Shown here: in pieces, positions 9,140-17,491 of the stretch
How the letters are laid out: each line of letters begins with the position of its first letter
How positions within the stretch are numbered: the first letter of the stretch is position 1
Origin: Pseudodesulfovibrio mercurii
GTDB lineage: Bacteria; Desulfobacterota; Desulfovibrionia; Desulfovibrionales; Desulfovibrionaceae
Reading direction: 5' to 3'
Assembly: GCF_000189295.2 (NCBI RefSeq)
Contig: NC_016803.1
Span: 1,080,001 to 1,112,000 of the forward strand
DNA length: 32,000 bases
Position numbers and translations under genes: made by a program
The notes under the pieces: model-generated
What the model saw: the letters and a program-made list of their open reading frames with translations, nothing else
Database searches by the model: none
Told to the model about the DNA's origin: nothing

Positions 9140-11290
9140 ATGCAGAAAGCACACGACCTCAAAGAATACCGCGAGGAGCTGCGCGAGACCCTCGAAAACG
9201 ACTTCCTGCGCACCACGCTGGACAACTTCGCCATCGCCTACCGCGCGGGCCGCGCCAACGCCTTCAAGGGCATGGACGTCAAGGGGCTGATCCGCGAGAT
9301 CGCCGACTCCAAGGACGCCGCCGCCCAGCATGCCGACGCCCTGTACAAGGAGTTCAAGGAGAACGCCGAAGCGTCGGGCGTGCACGTGCACTTCGCCAAG
9401 GACGGCGACGAGGCCAACCGGATCATCACCAAGATCGCCCTGGACGCCAAGTGCAAGAAGATCGTCAAGTCCAAATCCATGACCGCCGAGGAGACGCTCC
9501 TCAACCATGACCTGGAGGACGCCGGGCTCGAAGTGACCGAGACCGACCTGGGCGAATGGATCATCCAGCTGCGCCATGAGGGTCCGTCCCACATGGTCAT
9601 GCCCGCCATCCACCTGTCCCGTTTCCAGGTGGGCGACCTGTTCACCGAGGTGACCGGCAAGAAGCAGGACACCGAGATCGAGAAACTGGTCAAGGTGGCC
9701 CGCCGCGAGCTGCGCCAGAAGTACGTCGAGGCCGACATGGGCATCTCCGGGGCCAACTTCGCCATCGCCGAGACCGGCTCCATCGGCATCGTCACCAACG
9801 AGGGCAACGCCCGCCTGGTGACCACCCTGCCCAGGGTCCACGTGGCCCTGATGGGCATCGACAAGCTCCTGCCGAGCCTGCACGACGCCCTGCGCATCCT
9901 CAAGGTCCTGCCGCGCAACGCCACCGGCCAGCAGATCACCTCCTACGTGACCTGGATCACCGGCAACAACGAATGCCTGGCGGCCGAGGACGGCAGGAAG
10001 GAAATCCACTACGTGGTCCTGGACAACGGCCGGAGCGAGCTGATCAAGGATCCGCTCTTCTCCCAGGTCAACCGCTGCGTGCGCTGCGGCGCCTGCGCCA
10101 ACGTCTGCCCGGTCTACCGGCTGGTCGGCGGCCACAAGATGGGCCACATCTACATCGGAGCCATCGGCCTGATCCTGACCTACTTCTTCCACGGCAAGGA
10201 CAAGGCCAAGAACCTGGTCCAGAACTGCATCAACTGCGAGGCGTGCAAGGACGTCTGCGCGGGCGGCATCGACCTGCCGCGCCTGATCAAGGAGATCCAC
10301 GCGCGCATCCAGGACGAGGACGGCCACCCGCTGCCCAGCTTCCTGCTCGGCAAGGTCCTGCGCAACCGCAAGCTGTTCCACACCCTGCTGCGCACCGCCA
10401 AGTGGGGCCAGAAGCCCGTGGCCGAAAAGGACGGATTCATCCGCCATCTGCCCATGATCTTCTCCAAGGAACAGGGCTTCCGCGCCCTGCCGACCATCGC
10501 CGAGACCCCGTTCCGCGACTGGTGGCAGGAGAACCGGCCCGAGGTCGAGAATCCCAAGTACCGCGTGGCCCTGTTCTCGGGCTGCGTGCAGGACTTCGTC
10601 TACCCCGAGCAGCTCCAGGCCGCCGTGGACGTGTTCGCGGCCAACGGCGTGGCCATGGAGTTCCCGGAAAAGCAGTCCTGCTGCGGCCTGCCCGTGCAGA
10701 TGATGGGCGAGACCAAGGCCTCCCGCGACGTGGCCCAGCAGAACCTGCGCGCCTTCGAGCCGGACGCCTATGACTATATCGTCACCCTGTGCGCCTCCTG
10801 CGCCGCGCACCTCAAGCACAACTACCCGAAGCTGGTCATGGACAAGCCCGCGCTGAAGCTCCGCGCCGACAAGTTCTCGGCCAAGATCATCGACTACTCG
10901 TCCTTCGTCAACGATGTGCTCAAGGTGGACGCCGAGGGCTTTACGAAGACCGGGGAAAAGGCTACCTATCACGCGCCTTGCCACCTGTGTCGTGGTTTGG
11001 ATGTGCACGAAGCGCCCCGCCAGCTCATCGAGAAGAGCGGCATGGAATACGTGGAGTGCGCCGAGGAAGAGGTCTGCTGCGGTTTCGGCGGCACCTTCTC
11101 CATGAAGTTCCCGGAGCTGTCGGCCGAGCTGCTCAAGAAGAAGCTCGACAACGTCGAGGCCACCGGGGCGGACACCCTGCTGACCGACTGCCCCGGCTGC
11201 ATCATGCAGCTTCGAGGCGGCCTCAAGCGGCGGGGCTCCAAGATTCAGGTGAAGCACGTGGCCGAGGTCATGTCCAAAAACAAAAAATAA
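9140..11290 (+). CDS. Fused LutB-LutA-like iron-sulfur lactate-oxidising protein (LUD domain + 2x 4Fe-4S + 2x CCG domains), 716 aa
   Basis: The N-terminal LUD-type segment contains IAETGSIGIVTNEGNARL. The ferredoxin motifs are CVRCGACANVCP and CINCEACKDVC. The C-terminal half has SCCGLPV and VCCGFGG, as in LutA/GlcF CCG domains. The ATG lies 2 nt after the lutC stop, with GGAGGA upstream. Confidence 0.88.
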   Translation: MQKAHDLKEYREELRETLENDFLRTTLDNFAIAYRAGRANAFKGMDVKGLIREIADSKDAAAQHADALYKEFKENAEASGVHVHFAKDGDEANRIITKIALDAKCKKIVKSKSMTAEETLLNHDLEDAGLEVTETDLGEWIIQLRHEGPSHMVMPAIHLSRFQVGDLFTEVTGKKQDTEIEKLVKVARRELRQKYVEADMGISGANFAIAETGSIGIVTNEGNARLVTTLPRVHVALMGIDKLLPSLHDALRILKVLPRNATGQQITSYVTWITGNNECLAAEDGRKEIHYVVLDNGRSELIKDPLFSQVNRCVRCGACANVCPVYRLVGGHKMGHIYIGAIGLILTYFFHGKDKAKNLVQNCINCEACKDVCAGGIDLPRLIKEIHARIQDEDGHPLPSFLLGKVLRNRKLFHTLLRTAKWGQKPVAEKDGFIRHLPMIFSKEQGFRALPTIAETPFRDWWQENRPEVENPKYRVALFSGCVQDFVYPEQLQAAVDVFAANGVAMEFPEKQSCCGLPVQMMGETKASRDVAQQNLRAFEPDAYDYIVTLCASCAAHLKHNYPKLVMDKPALKLRADKFSAKIIDYSSFVNDVLKVDAEGFTKTGEKATYHAPCHLCRGLDVHEAPRQLIEKSGMEYVECAEEEVCCGFGGTFSMKFPELSAELLKKKLDNVEATGADTLLTDCPGCIMQLRGGLKRRGSKIQVKHVAEVMSKNKK

Positions 11291-11388
11291 CCGGCTTTGC
11301 CGTGAAATTTGAGGCTCTCCGAAGGTAAGGACCGCAATCCGTAGAAGCACCCACACCCTGCTTCCTCCTGAACGAACCGGCCTCAAAC

Positions 11389-11430
11389 GGGTTCCCCGCC
11401 CTACCCACGGGCGGGGAACCCTCTCTTTTC
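11389..11430 (+). terminator. Intrinsic terminator closing the lactate gene string
   Basis: gggttccccgccc (11389-11401) pairs with gggcggggaaccc (11409-11421), giving a 13-bp stem and a 7-nt loop. The T-rich tail tctcttttc follows. Confidence 0.75.
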
Positions 11431-11454
11431 AAAGCCCCCCACCGAGGGAAATCC

Positions 11455-13032
11455 ATGTCCAACAAAACCCCCTTCTGCTTCAAACTGTCCGCCGGGCTCT
11501 ACGGAGCCGCCCTACTCGTCTCGGCCGCTGTCTCCGCGGTCTGCTACTTCATTTTCGGTACGGCTTCCGTGAACATGCTCGCCGTGGCGGCCATGATCGC
11601 GGCCTTCACCCTGCTCGGCGTGGTCATCCTGTGGGCCCTGCACGGGGCCCTGGTCCGCCCGGCGGCCGTGCTCTCGGAGTTCACCGGTCACATGCTGGAC
11701 GAGGAGTACGGCCTAGCAGACTCCGACGCCCTGGCCGCCGCCGTGCCGGGCCTCGGCGCCCAGGTGGGCGAGCTGGCCTCGCGCTACAAGGAGCGCCTGG
11801 GGTTCGCACGGTCCATCCTGCACGGCCTGCCCATCCCCTGCGCCATCGTGGACACGGACCAGCGGCTGACCTATCTGAACCGGGAATGCCTGAACATGCT
11901 CGGCTCCCGAGAGGCGCCCGAGGCCTTCTACGGCCGGATGATCTCCCAGATATTCTACAAGGACGACCGGCGCTCCAAGATCGCGGACTGCATGGCCGAG
12001 GACAAGCGCGACATGGACGTGGAGGCGGTCTTCAAGCACGCCGACGGCAGCGACATCAACGTGCTCATCAACCTCTTTCCCCTGCACGACGTGGAAGAAC
12101 GGGTCATCGGCGGCTGCTGCCTGTACATGAACACCACCCAGCTCAAGCGCCACGAGCGGGAAATCCTCAACCAGAACGAACGGATCGCCACGGCCGCGGG
12201 CGAGGCCACGACCATCTCCGGAAAACTGGCCGAGGCCTCCCACCAGTTGGAACGCATGGTCGATCAGGCCCGGCAGGGCTCCCGCGAGCAGACGGACCGG
12301 ACCACGGAGACCGCCGCCGCCATGGAGGAGATGAACGCCGCCGTGCTCGAGGTCGCCCGCTTCGCCCAGGAGGCGGCCGGAGACGCCCGCACGGCCAACG
12401 AGCAGGCCCGCGAGGGCGAGGCCGTGGTCGGCAAGGTCATCGAGGCCATCGACGAGGTCTCGCGCCACGCCTCCGGCCTGAAGCACTCCATGGAGCAGCT
12501 CGACCACCGGGCCGAAGAGATCGGCGTGGTCCTCGGGGTCATTGAGGACATCGCGGACCAGACCAACCTCCTGGCCCTGAACGCGGCCATCGAGGCGGCC
12601 CGCGCCGGAGAGGCCGGACGGGGCTTCGCCGTGGTGGCCGACGAGGTGCGCAAGCTGGCCGAAAAGACCATGCACGCCACCAGCGAGGTCCACTCGGCGG
12701 TCAAGGGCATCCAGGAAGTGGCCCGGGAAAACGTGCGGGCCACCCAGACCGCGGTGGAATCCGTGAATCGCAGCACCGAGCTGGCGGGCCGCTCGGGCGA
12801 GGCCTTGGCCTCCATCCTGTCCACCACGCAGGACACGGCCGACCAGGTGCACTCCATCGCGGCCGCCGCCGAGCAGCAGTCCTCGGCCAGCGAACAGATC
12901 AGCGCGGCCACCTCGGAGGTGACCCGGGTCTGCGGCGAGACCGACGACCTGATGGTCGAGGCGTCCAAGGCCATCGACCACCTGGCCGAACTGGCCGAAC
13001 ACCTGACCGCCGTGGTCGGCAACATGAAGTGA
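11455..13032 (+). CDS. Methyl-accepting chemotaxis protein with two N-terminal TM helices, almost no periplasmic loop, and a cytoplasmic PAS-like domain, 525 aa
   Basis: The conserved signalling hairpin is [42 protein letters not shown]. The PAS-like segment is [25 protein letters not shown]. The RBS is gaggga at 11444-11449. Confidence 0.9.
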   Translation: MSNKTPFCFKLSAGLYGAALLVSAAVSAVCYFIFGTASVNMLAVAAMIAAFTLLGVVILWALHGALVRPAAVLSEFTGHMLDEEYGLADSDALAAAVPGLGAQVGELASRYKERLGFARSILHGLPIPCAIVDTDQRLTYLNRECLNMLGSREAPEAFYGRMISQIFYKDDRRSKIADCMAEDKRDMDVEAVFKHADGSDINVLINLFPLHDVEERVIGGCCLYMNTTQLKRHEREILNQNERIATAAGEATTISGKLAEASHQLERMVDQARQGSREQTDRTTETAAAMEEMNAAVLEVARFAQEAAGDARTANEQAREGEAVVGKVIEAIDEVSRHASGLKHSMEQLDHRAEEIGVVLGVIEDIADQTNLLALNAAIEAARAGEAGRGFAVVADEVRKLAEKTMHATSEVHSAVKGIQEVARENVRATQTAVESVNRSTELAGRSGEALASILSTTQDTADQVHSIAAAAEQQSSASEQISAATSEVTRVCGETDDLMVEASKAIDHLAELAEHLTAVVGNMK

Positions 13033-13244
13033 TCCGGCCCCGCACGGCCAGATGAAGGAAATGGGAACCTTCCCCTCACAGCCCTGACAAAATCAGGCGA
13101 TGAAGGCCGCTTCGCGGCGCAAGTCGGATGATTTCGCCTCCGGCGGGCAAGGACTCGCGCCCTTGCCCCCCCTTCTGCGCCTGCGGCGCAATGTTTCATC
13201 GCTACGCGGCTTTCAGCCGGCGAAAAGTCAACTATTTACGTCCC

Positions 13245-13287
13245 AAAGAAAAGCCCCCCTGGTCGAACCAGGGGGGCTTTTCTTCTC
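13245..13287. terminator. Bidirectional intrinsic terminator between the convergent MCP and hup genes
   Basis: aaaagcccccctgg (13249-13262) pairs with ccaggggggctttt (13268-13281) around a 5-nt loop. T-runs follow the stem on both strands. Confidence 0.75.
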
Positions 13288-13303
13288 AAAAACAGCCTCG
13301 CAG

Positions 13304-13576
13304 CTATTTTACGGCGTCCTTCAGGACCTTGCCGGGCTTGAACTGGGCGACCTTGCAGGCCGGGATGTTCAAGGCGGTGCCGGTGCGGGGGTTGCGGCCG
13401 GTGCGGGCCTTGCGCTCGCTCACGCTGAAAGTGCCGAAGCCGGTCAAGGTCAGTTTGTTGCCGGCGGCCAGCTCGTCCTGGATGGTATCCAGGATGGCGT
13501 TCATGGAGGCCTCGGCCTGGGCTTTGGAAGTGCCGATCTTTTCAGCGATCTTGGCTACGAGTTCAGCTTTGGTCAT
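13304..13576 (-). CDS. hup: HU-family DNA-binding protein, 90 aa
   Basis: MTKAELVAKIAE...GFGTFSVSERKARTGRNPRTG...KPGKVLKDAV is a canonical HU/IHF fold sequence. AGGAG lies 5 nt upstream, and the upstream region is AT-rich. Confidence 0.95.
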   Translation of the reverse strand: MTKAELVAKIAEKIGTSKAQAEASMNAILDTIQDELAAGNKLTLTGFGTFSVSERKARTGRNPRTGTALNIPACKVAQFKPGKVLKDAVK

Positions 13577-13737
13577 AAAAAACTCCTATACTGGTTTATT
13601 GATACTATTTACATATGACACGCAATTACGTCTTCATGTCATACACGCTCACCGGGGACATGGGAAGCCTAAAAAGCGTTGCCCACGGAGAGTTCATACA
13701 CAAAACCGGGAAGCTATGCCACCACTTCGGGCAACTT

Positions 13738-14478
13738 TCAACTGATAATATAACAGGTCGGGAAGTCCCCCTTGAGGGCCTCCATGACCCGCTCGGCCTG
13801 ATCACGGGAAGGGAAGCTCCCGGCCTGGACAATGTGCAATACCCGACCGTCGCGGTCAACTACGGTGATGCTCGCCCCGCTGTATCCCTCGCCGAGCAGC
13901 CGCTGATGCACGCGCAGGGCGTTCTCGCGCACGGCAAACGCCCCGACGCGCACGTGATAGAGCCTGCCCGGCGCCTCGGCGAGCCGCGTGGGCACGATCT
14001 CCGTGGTCAGGGAGGTGACCCGGACCTTGGCCACCCCGGACTCCACGGTGCCGAGCTTTTTGGCCGCGCCGTAGGACAGGTCGAGGATGCGTTCGTTGAC
14101 GAAGGGACCACGGTCGTTGATGGTCAGGACCACGCTGCGGTTGTTCTCCAGGTTGGTCACCCGGACCCGGCTGCCCAGGGGCAGGGTCTTGTGGGCCGCG
14201 GACACGCCGTACATGTTGTAGGTCTGCCCGTTGGCCGTCTTCCTGCCGTGGAAGTCCGCGCCGTACCAGGAGGCCAGGCCGATCTCGTCATAGCCGTCCG
14301 CGGACTGGAGCGGATAGTAGGTCCGGCCCAGGACCGTGTACGGTTTGGTCTTGGTATCCAATTGGCCGTTCTTGGTGGACGGCGTTGAATAGACGTGCTC
14401 CGGATAGGGGTTCATGGAACCGCACCCGGCCAGGGCGAACAGGATCGCAAGGGCGAACAGGGCTGTGCATCGACGCAT
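13738..14478 (-). CDS. rlpA: Septal ring lytic transglycosylase RlpA-family lipoprotein (DPBB domain + C-terminal SPOR domain), 246 aa
   Basis: There is a signal peptide with the lipobox LAGC. The DPBB motif is ASWYGADFHGRKTANG...INDRGPF. The C-terminal YHVRVGAFAVRENA...VQAGSFPSRDQAE is SPOR-like. Confidence 0.88.
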   Translation of the reverse strand: MRRCTALFALAILFALAGCGSMNPYPEHVYSTPSTKNGQLDTKTKPYTVLGRTYYPLQSADGYDEIGLASWYGADFHGRKTANGQTYNMYGVSAAHKTLPLGSRVRVTNLENNRSVVLTINDRGPFVNERILDLSYGAAKKLGTVESGVAKVRVTSLTTEIVPTRLAEAPGRLYHVRVGAFAVRENALRVHQRLLGEGYSGASITVVDRDGRVLHIVQAGSFPSRDQAERVMEALKGDFPTCYIIS

Positions 14479-14634
14479 GCTTCCTCCGTCGTCCCCAGGA
14501 CAGGGTTCAGGCCCTGTCCGGGGGAACGGGAGTTTTTCTCAATTTTGTCTAGAAAACCCTAGAGGAAGTCCGGACAAAAAGCAATGGTCCCCATGCGGAT
14601 CGTCGCGGCCCGTGGGGATTTCCGCCCGTCCGGC

Positions 14635-16044
14635 TCACGGCCGATGCACGTAGCGCGGCTTGACCATGTTCTCGGGCTTGAGGACATCGTCCAGTTCCTC
14701 GCGGCTGAGGTACCCCTTCTCCAGGACGATCTCGTACACGGAACCGCCCGTCTTCATTGCCTCCTTGGCGATCTCGGCGGACTTCTCGTAGCCCAGGTAC
14801 GGGTTCAGGGCCGTGACCAGGCCGATGGAGTGTTCGACCATCTCGCGGCAGCGTTCGCGGTTGGCGGTGATGCCCGAGACGCACTTGTCGGCCAGGGTCA
14901 GGCAGGCCCGGCGGAGCATGTTCATGGACTGGAACAGGGAATAGCCGATGATCGGCTCCATGACGTTGAGCTCCAGCTGCCCGGCCTCGCAGGCCATGGT
15001 CACGGTCATGTCGTGGCCGATGACCGTGAAGGCCACCTGGTTGACCACCTCTGGGATGACAGGGTTGACCTTGCCCGGCATGATCGAGGAGCCGGGCTGC
15101 ATGGGCGGCAGGTTGATCTCGTTCAGGCCGCAGCGCGGGCCGCTGGAAAGCAGGCGCAGGTCGTTGCAGATCTTGGACAGCTTCACGGCCGCCCGCTTGA
15201 GCACGCCGGACAGCTGGACATAGGCCCCGGTGTCCTGGGTGGCCTCCACCAGGTCCGGGGAGGAGATGAGCTGAAGCGTGGTCAGCTGGACCAGCTTTTC
15301 CGTGACCGTGCGGGCGTAGTCCGGGTGGGAGTTGAGCCCGGTGCCGATGGCCGTGGCCCCCATGTTGATCTCGTGGACCAGGGCCTGGGCCTCGTTCAGC
15401 CGCTGCATGTCCTCGCCGATGGTCACGGCCCAGGCCGTGAACTCCTGGCCGAGCGTCATGGGCACGGCGTCCTGAAGCTGGGTCCGGCCCATCTTGATGA
15501 CGTCGGCGAACTCCTCGCCCTTGCGCCGGAAGGCCTTGCGCAGGTAGTCCATGGCGTCGATCAGCTCGCGGATGTCCAGAATCAGGGCGATGTTCAGGGC
15601 CGACGGATAGACGTCGTTGGTGGACTGGGACATGTTCACGTGGTTGAGGGGGTGGAGGTGTTCGTATTCCCCCTTGGCGTGGCCCAGAAGCTCCAGGGCG
15701 CGATTGCAGACCACCTCGTTCGTGTTCATGTTGGCCGAGGTGCCCGCCCCGCCCTGGACCACGTCCACCACGAACTGGTCGTGCAGCCTGCCGTCCAGGA
15801 TCTCCTCGCAGGCCCGGCAGATGGCCCGGCTCTTGTCCTCGTCCAGCAGCCCCAGGGAGGCGTTGGCCTCGGCCGCGGCCATCTTGACGTAGGCCAGGGC
15901 GTTGATCATCCGGGGGTAGTGGGACATGGGGATGCCCGAGATATGAAAGTTGTCCAGGGCGCGCCGGGTCTGGACCCCGTAATAGGCATCCGCCGGAACG
16001 GCCACTTCGCCGAGGCTGTCGTGTTCCAACCGAATTTGCGTCAT
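14635..16044 (-). CDS. aspA: Aspartate ammonia-lyase (class II fumarase/aspartase family), 469 aa
   Basis: The signature GSSIMPGKVNPVIPE is the aspartase-type variant. GAGTSANMNTNEV and SQSTNDVYP are also present. GGAGA lies 8 nt upstream of the ATG. Confidence 0.88.
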   Translation of the reverse strand: MTQIRLEHDSLGEVAVPADAYYGVQTRRALDNFHISGIPMSHYPRMINALAYVKMAAAEANASLGLLDEDKSRAICRACEEILDGRLHDQFVVDVVQGGAGTSANMNTNEVVCNRALELLGHAKGEYEHLHPLNHVNMSQSTNDVYPSALNIALILDIRELIDAMDYLRKAFRRKGEEFADVIKMGRTQLQDAVPMTLGQEFTAWAVTIGEDMQRLNEAQALVHEINMGATAIGTGLNSHPDYARTVTEKLVQLTTLQLISSPDLVEATQDTGAYVQLSGVLKRAAVKLSKICNDLRLLSSGPRCGLNEINLPPMQPGSSIMPGKVNPVIPEVVNQVAFTVIGHDMTVTMACEAGQLELNVMEPIIGYSLFQSMNMLRRACLTLADKCVSGITANRERCREMVEHSIGLVTALNPYLGYEKSAEIAKEAMKTGGSVYEIVLEKGYLSREELDDVLKPENMVKPRYVHRP

Positions 16045-16088
16045 TGTCGTATTCTCCAGTGCGTGAAAGCGATGCGTTGTCGTCTTGA

Positions 16089-17318
16089 TCAGTGAAAACG
16101 ATGGGCGGACCAGTACTCCACATCCGGGCTGATCCGCAACATGCCCGTTTCCTGGGCCAGCTCGACCAGCAGGACGCAGGCGAACACCGCCACCAGGAGC
16201 CAGCCCAGCCGCCGTCTGGCCGAGCCGGGCCCGCCCTGGCGGATGAGCAGCACGCCGGGCAGCATGCCGAACAGGGTGCCCACGCCGAAGCCGCCGACCA
16301 CGTTCAGGGCCTTGAGAAAGATGTCCGGATAGATCACGCCGATGCCCACGGGCGGGAGGAAGGCCAGAAACCAGACGAGCGGCCGGTTGTGCCCCCGCCT
16401 GCCCGCCACGTCACGGAGGAAGGCGAGCAGGGCCACGCCCGTGGCCGTGTACGAGGTGGTCATGGCCACCACGGCGAAGCCGATGGACGCGTCCACGAAC
16501 CAGGTCGAGCGGATGAGCTGGTTGAGGGGCACGGTGGCGGGCACCCCGGCCTTGAAGGCCGCGATGATGGACACCCCGTCCGCCGACTCCATGGGCAGGG
16601 TGACCATGACGGCCACGGTCCACAGCAGGGTCATGAACGCGCCCAGGCCCGAGCCGAGCCAGATGGCCCGGGTGATGGCCCGGCGGTCGTGGTTCAGGGT
16701 GCGGCACAGGGTCGGAATGACGTTGTGAAAATTGAAGGCCGTGACCAGGATGGGCAAGCCCGAGGTCAGGAAGGTCAGGTCTCCGGCCAGGATGTCCGTC
16801 CGGCGGAAATGGGGCACGACCATGAACAGCAGCCCGCCGAAGAGCAGCCACATGACGGTCATGAGCAGGGCGTTGGACCGCCGGAGCAGCCCGCTGCCAA
16901 AGGAGGCCAGCAGCGTGGCCGCGCAGAAATAGAGGAGCAGCCAGCCCCACTCCGGGACGGCCGCGCCGAAGGAGCTGGCCGCCACCGAGGCGACCCCGGC
17001 CAGGTAGGCAGTGAGCAGCCCGTAGAGGATGACCAGGTTGGCGGCCACGGACAGCCACTTGCCCCAGGGGCCGAGCACGGCCTCGAAAAAGGTGGGCAGG
17101 TCCGCGTCCTCGTTCTCGCGCAGGAACGGCTGGCGGGCGATGATCAGCCCGGTGGAGGTCATGACCGCCCACATGGCCACGGAGGCCAGCACGGCGGGCA
17201 AAAGCCCCGAGGGGCCGAGGTTGACGGGCAGGGCCAGGATGCCCGCCCCGACCATGTTGCCGGTGACGATCAACGCCGTGGTGACCATCCTGCCGGTGGA
17301 GGGCGCGGTGTCTGGCAT
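16089..17318 (-). CDS. Amino acid permease, HAAAP/Trp-Tyr-permease-like family, 409 aa
   Basis: The N-terminal GNMVGAGILALP motif is typical of the TyrP/Mtr/SdaC family. The protein has about 11 hydrophobic segments. Its stop is 44 bp upstream of aspA on the same strand. Confidence 0.75.
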   Translation of the reverse strand: MPDTAPSTGRMVTTALIVTGNMVGAGILALPVNLGPSGLLPAVLASVAMWAVMTSTGLIIARQPFLRENEDADLPTFFEAVLGPWGKWLSVAANLVILYGLLTAYLAGVASVAASSFGAAVPEWGWLLLYFCAATLLASFGSGLLRRSNALLMTVMWLLFGGLLFMVVPHFRRTDILAGDLTFLTSGLPILVTAFNFHNVIPTLCRTLNHDRRAITRAIWLGSGLGAFMTLLWTVAVMVTLPMESADGVSIIAAFKAGVPATVPLNQLIRSTWFVDASIGFAVVAMTTSYTATGVALLAFLRDVAGRRGHNRPLVWFLAFLPPVGIGVIYPDIFLKALNVVGGFGVGTLFGMLPGVLLIRQGGPGSARRRLGWLLVAVFACVLLVELAQETGMLRISPDVEYWSAHRFH

Positions 17319-17491
17319 GGGGAACTCCGTTTGCGCAAGGTGAATGATGTTTGCGGCTTACTGTATCCTAACCGGCCCCGATTTCAACCCACTTTCTCGG
17401 CGCGACGCAAAATCTCCTCTTGCCAGCCTTCCCGCTTTCGGTTAACCGCTTCCCTGCGCACGTGCGCCTATTACTTATTATCGGAGAAACC

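Noticed and set aside
14498-14519. The hairpin ggacaggg-N6-ccctgtcc between aspA and rlpA, considered as an aspA terminator.
   Set aside because: No U-tract follows on the minus strand. It lies only about 20 nt upstream of the rlpA start, so it could equally be part of the rlpA leader. The evidence is too ambiguous to annotate.
17456-17467. The 12-bp perfect palindrome gcgcacgtgcgc just upstream of the typA RBS, considered as a possible operator.
   Set aside because: It is short and GC-only, so it is plausibly a chance event in this composition. It has no second copy and no associated regulator. It is not worth a claim without comparative data.
17420-17491. N-terminal extensions offered by the ORF track: typA from 17420, lutC from 8460, wtpA from 19494, aor from 29479, the STAS-like genes from 25835 and 26235, the 126-aa gene from 26814, and DUF401 from 28617.
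   Set aside because: In each case an internal ATG has a proper Shine-Dalgarno sequence at 3-13 nt and coincides with the start of the conserved or hydrophobic sequence. The extensions are Arg/Ser/Pro-rich and overlap promoter, terminator or intergenic structures.
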